64,000 bases of DNA, from contig NW_024704742.1 in assembly GCF_018977255.1 (NCBI RefSeq), positions 58,902,001-58,966,000 on the forward strand, read 5' to 3'. The stretch is from Callorhinchus milii. Taxonomy: Eukaryota. This document shows positions 11,584 to 22,972 of the stretch, piece by piece; within the stretch, counting starts at the first letter, position 1, and each line of letters begins with the position of its first letter. The notes beneath the pieces are model-generated. The model had not been told where the DNA came from. It saw nothing but the letters and a program-made list of their open reading frames with translations, and made no database searches. The position numbers and the translations under genes were made by a program.

Positions 11584-12271
11584 TGCTCCACAAAATAAAA
11601 ATCTGGTTAAACCTCAGCTCTCAAGAGTTTTTCATCACTTCTTAAGGGATCTTAAGGACAACGCAGCATTGCACAGGATAACAGTCTCCCCCCTCCCCCT
11701 CCTCCCCCTCCTCCTCCCCTCCTCCCCAATAACCCACGTCCCTCATCTGCACATCGTGAAACAAAAAAGTTTGCAAAAACAATTAAAAGTGTCCGAACTT
11801 CTGTTCTGCGCTAAAGTCCACTTTCTTGTATATTTTAGAGAGAGAGAGAGAGAGAGAGAGGGGGAAGGTTGGAAAACGCTTTGAGCAAAGAGCTCCTGGT
11901 TTTCCAAAGGGGGGAAAAGTGAGGAAGGGGGAGGGGGTTGGGGGGGGGGGGGAGTGGGGGGGCAATGAATTAAAACTATTGAGATCCCTGTGTTCCCCCA
12001 CTCTCCTCCTCCCCTCTGCAGCCTCATGTTCCAGGGCAATGCCTTTGGGGAGGAGAAAGCACACAAACCAACACACAGAAGAGATACCCACCGAGAGAGG
12101 GAGAGAGAGAGAGAGAGATGGAGGGAGGGAGGGAGGGAGGGAGAGAAAGGAGAGAGAGGAGAGAGAGAGAGTACACGCAGGACCGAGATGTTTGGGGGGA
12201 TGTGAATGGAGCAGCGACTGATCCTTGTAGGAAACTGACACACGAGCAGCAGTCAGACAGCAGCACCTTAC

Positions 12272-12360
12272 CTTCCTCACCCAGAGCTGCTCCAGAGGTC
12301 TCTTCCACACAAACCTACAGTGTGTGCACTGCACTGCACTGCCGGAGCTCTGCAAAACCA
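12272..12360 (-). other. candidate non-coding first exon
   Basis: Lies just downstream (minus sense) of a CRE-like site and a GA-rich tract; ends in AAG|GTAAGG. The 5' limit is a guess. Confidence 0.45.
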
Positions 12361-12764
12361 ACCCTTTGACGTGATGGCCCTCCCTCTCCCTCTCCCTCTC
12401 TCTCCCTCCCCCTCTCTCCCTCTCTCTCTCCCTCCCTCCGTTGCCCTCGGAAACCCTGACTGTGTGGACACGGTCGGTTGGGTTTGTGAGAGATGATGAT
12501 GGTTGTGTGTGTGTGTGTGTGTGCACACCCCCCCCTCGGTCTGGCTAAGCTAATGCAAAGCGGCCGTCCTCCCCCTACTGTGTCCAATCAATGTATCTGA
12601 CGGGCAGTGATTTAAGGGTCAGCCATAAATACACTTGCTGTGAATGATGGCTTTCCAACGCTTCTCCTGTAGCTGTTAACTACCAACTAACTCTCCATAT
12701 AACAAGTTGAAGCTCTGCGGCCAGGGCTCGGGTTAACCGTGTCGTCGGTGGTTACCGCGTGCTG

Positions 12765-13088
12765 TAATAATAATAATAATCCTTGCATTTGATATAGCGC
12801 TTTTCACGTCGGGAGGACGTCCCAAAGCGCTTCACAGAATATACTGTAAAGTGAATTGACTGTATATTTGTGGGCGAACGCGGCAGCCAATTGCGCACAG
12901 CAATGTCCCACAAACAGTCGTAGATTGAAAATGACCAATTTATTATTGTTAGGGGTTTTGGAGGGATTATTATTAGGCTCTGTGTGGAGTAAGGAAACTT
13001 GCCCAAGGTTTCGCCCTCTGCCTGGAATTGAACCCAGGTGTCTCGCTTGCAAAGCAAGTGCTCTAACCACTGAGCTACAGGACTCCAC
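12765..13088 (-). mobile_element. SINE family A, short young form
   Basis: Full length, close to the copies at 34239 and 45020; lacks the ~60-bp second half of the CORE-like segment. Confidence 0.95.
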
Positions 13089-13089
13089 G

Positions 13090-13420
13090 TACTATAGAAT
13101 ATATTGCAAAGTGCATTTACTGTATATTTTGCGGGTGGAACGCAACGGTCAGTTTGCACACACCGCGATGCCCCGCAAACCGCCGCAGAGTGAGTGAGTG
13201 ACCGATTTTGTTTTGCGGGATTGTCGGCCAGGACACTGCGAGAAATTCCCTGCTCTTTTCGAATCGTGCCACGGAAGCTTTAATGCCCACCTGAGCAGGC
13301 AGTTGAGACCTCAGTTTAATGGGTCATCCGTAGGACGGTGCCTCAACCGAGGAACAGATGAGGATTGTACGCGTTGGCACACGGTCATCGAGAGTACAGA
13401 TTGGGAATGTGGTCAGATAT
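13090..13420 (-). mobile_element. SINE family B, diverged, CpG-rich
   Basis: GGCCAGGACAC..GAGAAATTCCCTGCTCTTTTCGAAT..TTTAATGCCCACCTGAGCAGGCAG Deu-like block in antisense. Confidence 0.8.
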
Positions 13421-13681
13421 GAAGCACCGGGTGAAAAAAGTGACAGTTCCTAAAAAAATGTCCCAAATAGAACTGTCGTATTTTCCATCCATTCCCAACG
13501 GCGGGCTGTGCGAGTGAACTGGTTTTTGAAAATGTTTTTGCTGTTATTTGGATGCTGTTTAGCTGATCTGAATTGTTGAGCTTATGTCGAAACATTGCTT
13601 CACAGGACACCAACTGAGTTAAGCCGGAATCCAGTTTTTAATTGCATTAAAATGCCAATCTGACTCGATCTGGCTGTGTTT

Positions 13682-14408
13682 GTCAGTCGCACTCAGTGGG
13701 TAGCATGTTCGCCTCTGGGTCAGAAGGTTGTGGGTTCAAGCCCCACTTCAGGACTTTGAGCTCAAAGTCTCGGCAGACACTCCAATGCAATGCATTGTTT
13801 GAGGTGCCGTTCTTCGGATAAGACATTAAATAACTGAGTACCTGTCGATCTATTCAGGTGGATGTTAAATATCCCATGGCAATATTTGAAGAGTTTTTGT
13901 TCCCATTGGCAAACAAACTTCTAGCTAAAATTGGTCATTCAACTTCATAACTATTTCATGGTCTGCTTCACGTCCCTCGCCTTGCTAGCCCCACCATTGG
14001 TGGGCCGGCCTTCCATCACTCTGCCCCCACCCTCTGGAACTCCATTCTGCAGTTCCTCCGCCTCCCCCCTCCCTCGCCATCTTCAAAACCTGTCTCAAGA
14101 CACTCCACTTCGACCGCGCTTTCGATCTCCCTGCTTCCCCCCCCGGCCTCCATCCTCCCCCACCCCGACCCCCAGGTCAGTTCCGTAACTCGGTCTGTCC
14201 AGCGCCTTGGGACGTCCTCCCGACGTGAAAAGCGCTTTACAAATGTAATTTTGTTGTTGCTGTTTGTTGGATGTTGTTGGGAGCAAACTGGCCAACACTT
14301 GTTAATAAATACACAGTCACTATACTTTACAGTAAAATCCTGTGTAGTGCTTTGAGACTTTTCAATAATCTGATAATGCACTGTATCAAATGCAAGGATT
14401 ATTATTAT
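13682..14408 (+). mobile_element. SINE family B, full length, with a nested L2 3' fragment (13961-14262, +)
   Basis: Head at 13682; the SINE breaks at TTCATGG and resumes at CTGTTTGTTGG after an L2 piece ending in (GTT)n. Confidence 0.85.
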
Positions 14409-14721
14409 CTCTGCGATCGGGAGCAATAATCAAGCGCAGACATTTTTAGGCCCAACTATTCTGGTGACGCCGGGCAGAAGATAACATGTTTGACAATATA
14501 ATTATCATAGGTATTATGAAACATAAAACTTTTCACCCATAAACTATCACATAACAAATGTTAGAGATAAGGAGAGACCATTGAATCCAAAGAAGTGTTT
14601 CCCTCCAATACATAAATTTTCCTAGCATGATATTTGGTAGCATTTTGCAAAACAGACCCCGATGTTTTCCTTGGTAGATTATTTCAAACATTTATCTCTT
14701 CGCACGGGACTCAATGTAATA

Positions 14722-15590
14722 AAAAATAATCCATGCCTTTAATATTGTGCTTTCACATTGGAAGGACATTTCAAAGCACTTTACACGATATACTGTAAAT
14801 ACTGTGTATTTTGTAAGCAAATGCAGTAGCCAATATGTGCACAGCAATACAATACAAAATTGTATTTGTAAAGCACCTTTCACTTCGGGAGAACGTCCCA
14901 AGGCGCTGAACAGTTAGGTATTAGGACCTGAGTTTGGGGGGTGGTGGTGGGATTAGGGAGGGTGGAGGGCAAAGAGGATAGGAGGCTGGCCGAATGAATA
15001 GTTGAAGAGGAGGGTCTTCAGGCGAGCCTTGAAGGAGGCGAGGGAGTGAGCAAAGCAAACAGAATCCGGCATGGAGTTCCAGAGGGTGGGGGTGGAGAGG
15101 CTGAAGGCAATGTCTCTTGAATAAGCAGTAAAGTATTGAAACAGTAATGCAGTTTCACAGTTTCAATGTAGTCCAATGTTAAGACCAATTATATCTGGGA
15201 GATTGTTGGTCAGGACACCAAGAGAAACTCACTTCTCTTTTTGAATAGTGCCATAGCATCTTTATCATCCATCTGAACAGGCAGGAAGATGGCATGTGGG
15301 TTTAATGTCTCATCTGAAGGATGGCACTTCTTACAATGTAGAATGCCCCTGGCACTGAACTGGAGAGTCAGCCTAGACTATATGAGTACCAATAACAACA
15401 AGATTACATTTGTATAGCGCCTTTCACATCGGGAGGATGTCCCAAGGCACTGGACAGTGTACAGCATTTCAGACCTGAGCTGGATTCGAGGGGGGGGGGT
15501 GGAGAAGGGCGGGGAGTCCTGACGTGGGGCTTGGACTCACAACCTTCTGGCTCAGAGGTGAGACTCCTACCCACTGAGCCAAGCTGTCAC
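14722..15590 (-). mobile_element. SINE family B with two nested L2 3' fragments (14846-15110, 15392-15515; both -)
   Basis: SINE tail, Deu-like block and head are collinear once the two L2 pieces are removed. Confidence 0.8.
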
Positions 15591-15825
15591 ACATCCGTTT
15601 TTACTTAATAAAGGTTTTCATATTTTCATTTCTGTAAATATATGATCCACAATCATGAAACGTTTCAACAATATTTTGTTTAATTTTTGATACTCACAGA
15701 TACTGTCCAGCTCTTTTGTGAAACTCAAGATGTGTTGGCACCAAATCTGATTTGCACCGCAATTCCAGGAAAGATACCTGGCAGTGTGAACCCTTTAAAT
15801 TAATGTAATATGCAGTTTCAAATAT

Positions 15826-16550
15826 ATAATCCCTGCATTTGATATAACGCCTTTTCATTTCATTGAAATGTCTCAGAGCGATTCATGCTTCAGAGGATTT
15901 TACTGTAAAATGTAGTGACTGTTTTTATAAGCAAACCCCACAGCCAATTTACACATGTTAATAATACCACTATTACTAATCCTTGCATTTGATGTAGTGC
16001 CTGATCAGGTCTTCGAGACGTCTCAGAGCGCTTCACAGAATATGTTGTAAAGTGAATTGACTGTATATTATGTGGGTGAATTGCAGCAGCCAATTGCACA
16101 CAGCAGTGTCCCACAAACAGTCATGGATTGAGTGACCAAAGTATTCATTTTTAAAAAAAAATTTTGACGGGATTATTACCCCCGGAAAAGCGATCCACAA
16201 ATCGACTAACAATTGGGTTCCTATTTTACTGCTAGGTAAACAGAGGTGTGCGGAGTAAGAAAACTTGCCCAACATTTTGCCCTACCAAGAATCAAACCCA
16301 GGTCCTCTCGCTTGCGAGGCGGTTACTCTAGCCACTAAGCTACAGGACTCCAGTGCACCACAAGCAGCCATGAAGTAAATGATCAATTTTATCTGGGATA
16401 TTATTGGCCATGGGATTGTTAATGCCCACCTGATCAGGCAGATGGAACTTGATTTAACAAGAATTTGATTTCTCTGAAGGACAGCACCTGTGACTTACAG
16501 AGCTCCATCATCACTGCACTAAAGGGTCAGACTGGACTGTGAGCTCAAAT
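15826..16550 (-). mobile_element. SINE family B with a nested full-length family A long copy (15959-16352, -)
   Basis: B is interrupted at CAGCCAATTTACACA and resumes at CACAAGCAGCCATGAAG. Confidence 0.85.
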
Positions 16551-16833
16551 AGGTATTCTTGTAATGCATTTGATGTTTGCAGTATATTTTCAGGCCATCA
16601 AACTTTCTGTACCTAAGTGTGCATGTGCTTAGTTTTAAAGCTATATTGGCATTTCATTGAGACGTTCTTTTGTTGGCAGGATCAATCTTCATTTAACTGT
16701 TCATGTTGCAGGAGATGCTTTCCAATATTGTTATAATTTTTCTATGAATTCTTAAAATAATAGATAGACTAAATAATGTAAAAAACTTCCTAGTGGTAAG
16801 ATACAATTCATTATGATCACGGTCCCTCTATAA

Positions 16834-17240
16834 GTGTCAGCCTGGCTCAGTTGCTAGTACTCTCACCTCTGAGTCAGAAAGCTCTGGGTTCCAGTACAGC
16901 TTTAGGACTTTGAACTAACTCACTAGTTTTTAGTGACACTCAAATGCAGTGATGTGGGAGTGCTCAATTGCTGGATGTGTTGACCTTCAGATGAGACTTT
17001 AAACTGAAGTCATGTATGTCTGATCTCATGGCAGTATTTGAGAAGAGATGGGAATTTCTCCTAATGTTTTGGCCAACAATCTCCCAGATAAAATTTGATT
17101 AGCCATTTCATGGCTTTTTTGGGGGACATTGTTGTGCGTAAATTGGCTGCTGCACTCCCCAACAAAAATAATTACACTTTACAGTATATCCCGTGAGGAA
17201 GTTTGTGATGTCCTCATGATGGAAACATGAAAGGCCTTAT
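16834..17240 (+). mobile_element. SINE family B, near full length
   Basis: GTGTCAGCCTGGCTCAGTTG head, Deu-like middle, degenerate tail. Confidence 0.85.
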
Positions 17241-17454
17241 AACACACACACCGGTTACTTTCTTTAATTTATTTTATAAAATTGAAATATATATTTTGCA
17301 AGAAATTATTTAATGCGTAAGTGCTCTAAGTGTACAATTCATTAGGTCCATCTTGTCAAAACCAATCATTGAAGAAATAAATTGAACATTTTAGGGGGGA
17401 ATCCATCAGGGGGGAGACCAACAGTTGTGCTGCTGTTCTCAATCTCAATCAATC

Positions 17455-18130
17455 AGCCTTCCATGGTCTTGCTCCCCCCTCCCTCTCCGACCTCCTGACC
17501 CGCTACCATCCTGTTCGCTCCCTCTGCTCAGCGGGCTCTGGCCTGCTTCACGTCCCCCGCCTTGCTCGCCCCATTATCGGAGGGTGGGCCTTCTGCCACT
17601 CTGCCCCCACCCTCTGAAACTCCATCTCGCAGTTCCTCCGTCTCGCCCCTCCCTTGCCACCTTCAAGACCCACTCAAGACCCTCCTCTTCGACCGTGTTT
17701 TCGATCTCCTGTAGCTCAGTGGTTAGAGAACTCGCTTTGCAAGCGAGAGACCTGAGTTCAATTCCAGGCAGGAAAAGCTTGGGCAAGTTTCCTTACACCA
17801 CACCCCTAATAATAATCCCTCCAAAAACCAAAAACAATAATAAATTGGTCATTTTCAATCCATGACTGTTTGTGGGACATTGCTGTGCGCAATTGGCTGT
17901 CGTGTTCGCCCACAAATATACAGTCAATTCACTTTACAATGTGTTCTGTGAAGCGCTTTGGGACATCCTCCCGACGTGAAAAGCGCTATATCAAATGCAA
18001 GGATTATTACTATTATTCCCCCCTGCCCTCCCCTGACCCTCAGCTTGGGTCCGTAACTCTGTCTGTCCAGCGCCTTGGGACGTTCTCCCAATGTGAAAGG
18101 CGCTTTACAAATGTAATTTTGTTGTTGTTT
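17455..18130 (+). mobile_element. L2 3' fragment with a nested young family A SINE (17707-18016, +)
   Basis: L2 reads ...TTCGACCGTGTTTTCGATCTCC, then the SINE, then the L2 3' UTR and (GTT)n tail; compare the uninterrupted copy at 14100-14262. Confidence 0.9.
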
Positions 18131-18259
18131 TGTTCTTTGCACTATTTTTAAATAGCTTGGAGGAAAGTATGTTTAAATCTAAAGTGTACTGATCATGTCA
18201 AGTTATGTAGACAGGTGAGTAATTACATAATACAGGATAAATTGTGCACAAAAGTGTAC

Positions 18260-18350
18260 ACAAAAAGATCAGACCATTTCAACAGATGTGCCAAGGAGCG
18301 GCAGATGGATTCTAATCTAGGAAAATGCAAGCTAATGGATATTGGAACAA
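18260..18350 (+). mobile_element. CR1-type reverse transcriptase relic
   Basis: RCAKERQMDSNLGKCKLMDIG resembles the CR1 RT motif W(A)xxWQMxFNxxKCxxMHxG. Confidence 0.55.
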
Positions 18351-18929
18351 AACATGTGCAAACAATTAGGAGGAATGGAAAGGGAACGGTGCGATTATTG
18401 ATCATTCACTGAACATTTCTGGTCTCTGTCAATCCGAGAAAAATGCAATATGTGATGTGACCATCATAATAATAATAATAATCCTTGCATTTGATACAGT
18501 GTCTTATTATGTCATCGAAATTTCTCAAAAAGCTTCACAGGATATTTACTGTGGGCAAATTCATCAGCCAATTTCCCACAAACAGCCATGAAGCGAATGA
18601 TCAACTTTATGTGGGAGATTCTGGGCCAGGATACTGGGAGAAATTTCCTTCTCCTTTTAAGTGGGATCTTTAACGGTGTCATGCCAAACCATTGTGCTAA
18701 AACAGTTGGTAATTAAACCCTGGTCAGCACGTCAACTTTTGGTGATGTGGTAATTACCATCACTATTTTGTGGAGAGCAAGTGCTGAAGAAAGCTACGTG
18801 ACACAGTGAAGCAACAAACAAATGTTGCAGTGACAGTCTCATGTGCAAAGTACTCCAATTTAATGAAATGATAATGTCCTGTACTGTACAGTTCAGCTGA
18901 AGGAAGTTTATCTGAAAACGTTGTTTGCA

Positions 18930-19350
18930 TCAGTTTGACTCAGTTGGCTGAGGTCTTGCCTCTGTGTCAGAAGGTTGAGGGTCTGAGCCAGGGCAAAAGG
19001 TCTTAATTTTGGACTATGTTGACACTCCAGTGCAATATCAAGGGAGTGCTGTTGATGGTGCTAGCCTTTGAAAGATACATTAATCCAAGATTTTAAGTAG
19101 ACATTAAAGATCTCACAGCACCATTTTGAAGAAGAGGTATGTTAGTGTCTCAGTTAATATTCCTCTCTCATTCAACTTCACCAACAAACAGAGGAATAGT
19201 TTATTCTTATCTCTGTTTGGGGAATGTAACTGATGTACATTAGTTGCATATTTGCCTACATAACATGAGTCAGAGCACTTGAAAGTAACGTATTGTGTGG
19301 GAAGCGCTTTGAGTCGTTTTGACATGAAAAGCAGCTATATCAAATAGAAA
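18930..19350 (+). mobile_element. SINE family B-like, diverged
   Basis: TCAGTTTGACTCAGTTGG head, GACATTAAAGATCTCACAGCAC block, AAGCGCTTTGAG tail. Confidence 0.75.
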
Positions 19351-19849
19351 TATTGCTTTATTTATGTAGGATTATTAAAGGCAGAAAAACAAGTAAAATG
19401 TAATCATACGAGTAACAGTTTTCAGAGTATTTGATGGCACAGCAGAGTCATAAACACTGAACAGTAATTATTGCAGACAAACAACAAATCATGTCAGCAA
19501 TAGCACAACAGAGATTACTAACCAGCAGTGTAAGAACAACAATTTGCAGTTTATAATGCCTTTCACATAGGATAACTGTCTCAAAGGGCTACACGATAGT
19601 GGTGGGGATCACTGAGCAACTGTATCCAGTGTAAAACTGGTACAAAGTTGCTACAATTTACATTAAATCCTATGTAATACTTTGTGATGTAATTTAACAT
19701 GTGATTCAACAATGTAATAAGGTGCAATATTAAAGGCAATGATTATGATTATTACTGTTATCATTATGACACACGAGTCATTTTTACACTCATTGTTTAG
19801 CTAAACATTAGCTGTTTCTCTATAAAATGTTCTCTTTGTTTTATTTACT

Positions 19850-20142
19850 TCACAGAATCATAGAATTATACAGCACAGAAAGAGGTCATTCATCTCATCG
19901 TGTCAGTGACGGCTCTTTGAAAAGAGCTATCCAATTCAATCCCACTCCCCCGCTCTCTCCCCATAGCCCTGCAAACGTATCCTCCCCAAATAATTATCTA
20001 CTTGTCTCTTAAAAGTTGTTATTGAATCGGCTTCCACCATTCTTTCAGGCAATGCATTCTAGATCCAAACCACTTGCTGTGTGGAAAAACTTCTCCTCAC
20101 CTCCCCTGTTTCCTTTAACAACTATTTTAAATCAGTGTCCTC
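19850..20142 (-). mobile_element. CR1 LINE 3' end
   Basis: AGAATCATAGAAT tail followed by ...GCTTCCACCA..CAGGCAATGCATTCTAGATC..ACCAC, the CR1 ORF2 end in antisense. Confidence 0.8.
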
Positions 20143-21457
20143 ATGTTACAATTGGTGTCCTTGGGTTATTTATTCAATTAATTTGGAGATCTGGGCAGGG
20201 GGAACTTAGAAGCCTCTATTTGAAATGGCTTTCTTGAGGATCTGTGGTGCACAGGATCTGCAAAGTATAATATAACCACACTGCAGCATGCAAGAGAGCA
20301 CTCTTGAACAAAGTGAGGTCAGAATCTTTTTGTAAACTGTAAAATTAAATCATCCAAAAAATAAAACCACGCAATCACCATTGAGTTCCCCCCACAACTG
20401 TCCTAGGCAACAATCCTCCAGATCTTTAATGGCTGTCTGTGGGATATTGTTGTGCACAAATTGCCCGCCACCTACAAATAGTCACTACACTTCACAATAA
20501 TCTGTGAAGTGTTTTGAGACATTTTGACATTCTTGGCTCTTATATCAAATGTAAGAAGTATTATTCACAGAGACTGGTGATTAAACAGGTGGTAGGGTGG
20601 CAAAAACATATGGCAGGCATTAATTGACACAGCGGTTTGGAATCCCTCCCCCACCGCACCACCCAACTAATTTCTCTCTGCTTGTTCTATCAGCTGCACA
20701 CATTTCCTTTTGCCTCATATCCAATATCCTTTTGGAGCTTGAAAATTGGGACACTGAAATGTAGAAATGACAAACACACTGAACTTATCTAAATGCTAAT
20801 TACCATCAAATTGTTTCAATGTTTTCTCTTGATCATCATCTTATTGAATGAATTCTGAAGGACTTTCTACCTTTTATAAATTTTTCACACGCGTGAGATC
20901 CATATTTACAACAATTTACATTTATACAGCATCTTTCATGTCAGAAGATAGTCTTAAAACCTTTCACAAGGCTAACAAGGAGACTGAGTTGGCATGAGGG
21001 AAGCTGAGGCAGGGAAGAAAAGATGTCTTAAGGCGAGTTTCGAAAATGGTGAAGGATTTGGCAAGATGGAAGATACAGACTCAAATGTATATTATGTTAA
21101 ACAGGTGAAACTCTTGTTCTTCACTTCTACACAAATAAATTACTAAATAACAGGCCATTTTATTAGAATCATCGTTTTATTGCTATTCTGTTCATTTATG
21201 CGATATTTTGGGACAAAACAGTTTTGTCACAGATAATGTTACATTATCTGTCTCTTCCTGTCATGTGGGGTAATACTGCTACCGTAAATGGATTCCATTA
21301 ATGTGACAAACACACAGAAATAAACAGGAGTAGTATCCTATATTATATGAAGTAAATGAGTTACAGGCTATTGCATAAGCTTCGGGCACACACTATTCTC
21401 AACTGCAAATAAGGTGCCTTTTTGCGTTTTATGAAGGGACATCTAATACAAATGTGA

Positions 21458-22090
21458 ATAATAAAAATAATGCTTGCATTTGATATAGCGCAATATCATG
21501 TATTCGAGACGTCTCAAAGTGCTTCACAGAATATACTGTAAAGTGAATTGACTGTATATTCTGTGGGGGAAACATGGCAGTCAATTGCGCACAGCAATGT
21601 CCCACAAACAGTCAGGGATTGAGAGACCAAATTATTATATTTTTAAAAAAAAGAATTTGTTAGTTTCAAAATACAGTACACTAGCTCGAAACTCTGATTC
21701 AGCTTGTTCCTTCTTCACTCTTACACTTTATATCAATAGAACCCTTTCTCACAACTCCCCTTCACTTATATCTCAAGTATCTAATAATAATACTTCTTGC
21801 ATTTGATATTGTGCCTTATCACTTCGTTGAGATGTCTCAAAGTGCTTCACATGATATACTATTCAGTGAATTGACTGTATATTTTGTGGGCAAAGTGTGG
21901 CAATCCAATTGTGCACAGTGGCCTTCCACAACAGTCATGGATTGAGTGACCAAATTATTATTATTTTTTTGGGACGTATTATTACCATCAGAAAGCGATC
22001 CGCCAATCAACTAAGAACTGGATTCCTACTTACTGCTGGGTAAAAATAGGTGCGTGGAGTAAGGAAACGTGCCTATGGTTTCACCCTGCC
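21458..22090 (-). mobile_element. two family A SINE copies (21458-21650 partial; 21783-22090)
   Basis: Two (AAT)n tails, each followed by antisense family A body. Confidence 0.85.
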
Positions 22091-22574
22091 TTTCACTTAT
22101 GAGGTTGCTATATTACTGTAAACTGTCATCCCCTCGCCAACGATTCCCAGATAAAATTGACCATTCACTTCATGGCTGTTCTATGGGAAACCACTGTGTC
22201 CAATTTGGCTACTGCATTCAACTACAAAATACAGTCACTACACTTGAAAGCCGATATATCAAATAAAAATAATTCTTCTTATAACTAATATTGTATTATT
22301 TTAAATTTCTCAGTCATTAGCCTCAGATGCATAAAGCCATACTAATGTTCATTTACAGGCAATGGATCTGAAGGCTGGAGTTTCATCTTGAAATTCAGAT
22401 GAAGGGATAAAAAATGTGATGGTAAAAGTGATTTGACCACATTAAAAATTTTGTCCCTATTCATATCTCAGTTGATGTCTGGCAGGTGAATTTCTCTCCC
22501 CTCCAATTGTGCCACAATGGTTGAGCCTTCAACTAACTCATCGCTGTCGTTCAACTTGCCGCCTGGCAGAATAC

Positions 22575-22972
22575 ATTACAAAATTACATTTCTATAATAC
22601 CTTTCGCATCGGGAGGATGTAGGAAGCTGCTGGATAGTCAAGGATTTGGATCCGAGCAGGGGATGGGGCTGGTTGGGGTAAGGGAGGGTAGAGGGTAGGA
22701 GGGTAGCCAAAGACACGGTCAAAGAGGAGGTTCTTGAGACATTCCTTGAAGGAGGCAAGGGAGGAAGTGAGGTGAAGAGAATGTGGGATAGAGTTCCAAA
22801 GGGTGGGGGCGGAGAGGCTGAAGGCCTGAGTGCCAATGGCGGGGCTGGCCAGGTTGAGTACATGGAACAGGCCAGAGCCTTCTGAACGGAAGACAGGTTG
22901 ATAAGGGCTGAGCAGGTCGAAGAGGTAGGAAGTGGCAAGGGGTGGAGGGTGGAGGCAAGGCCGTGGAGAATG
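22575..22972 (-). mobile_element. L2 LINE 3' fragment
   Basis: Antisense L2 tail plus LHGLA..YL-type ORF2 end with frameshifts. Confidence 0.85.

Larger units (their letters stand above)
7900..12700 (-). promoter_or_regulatory. putative cluster of alternative promoters / first exons of an unidentified gene
   Basis: Largely SINE-free (none at 9615-12760), locally more CpG, with (GA)n, (CA)n and G/C tracts. Minus-strand donors at 12271 (AAG|GTAAGG), 9349 (GAG|GTAAGC), 8283 (AAA|GTAAGT) and 8028 (ACG|GTGAGT). CRE-like TGACGTGA 12367-12374, CCAATCA 12584-12590, TATA-like run ~8522-8531. Confidence 0.55.

Noticed and set aside
12360..12380. TCACGTCA CRE plus multiple first exons suggested a BDNF-like locus
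   Set aside because: I found no REST/NRSE motif or other BDNF exon sequence that I recognise; the gene is left unnamed.
10001..12587. Many overlapping long ORFs (up to 247 aa)
   Set aside because: They are translations of (GA)n, (CA)n and poly-G/C tracts (ERERER, SLSLSL, PPPP) with no recognisable domain.
13015..13088. tRNA-Ala-like cloverleaf (anticodon TGC, or CGC in long-form copies), also at 17707, 34490 and 45270
   Set aside because: Each is the head of a SINE, continuing into the SINE body, with imperfect acceptor or T stems; not called as tRNA genes.
12752..13197. Recurring peptide ...[15 protein letters not shown]...KCKDYYYY in many ORFs
   Set aside because: It is the translated SINE 3' region, not a protein family.
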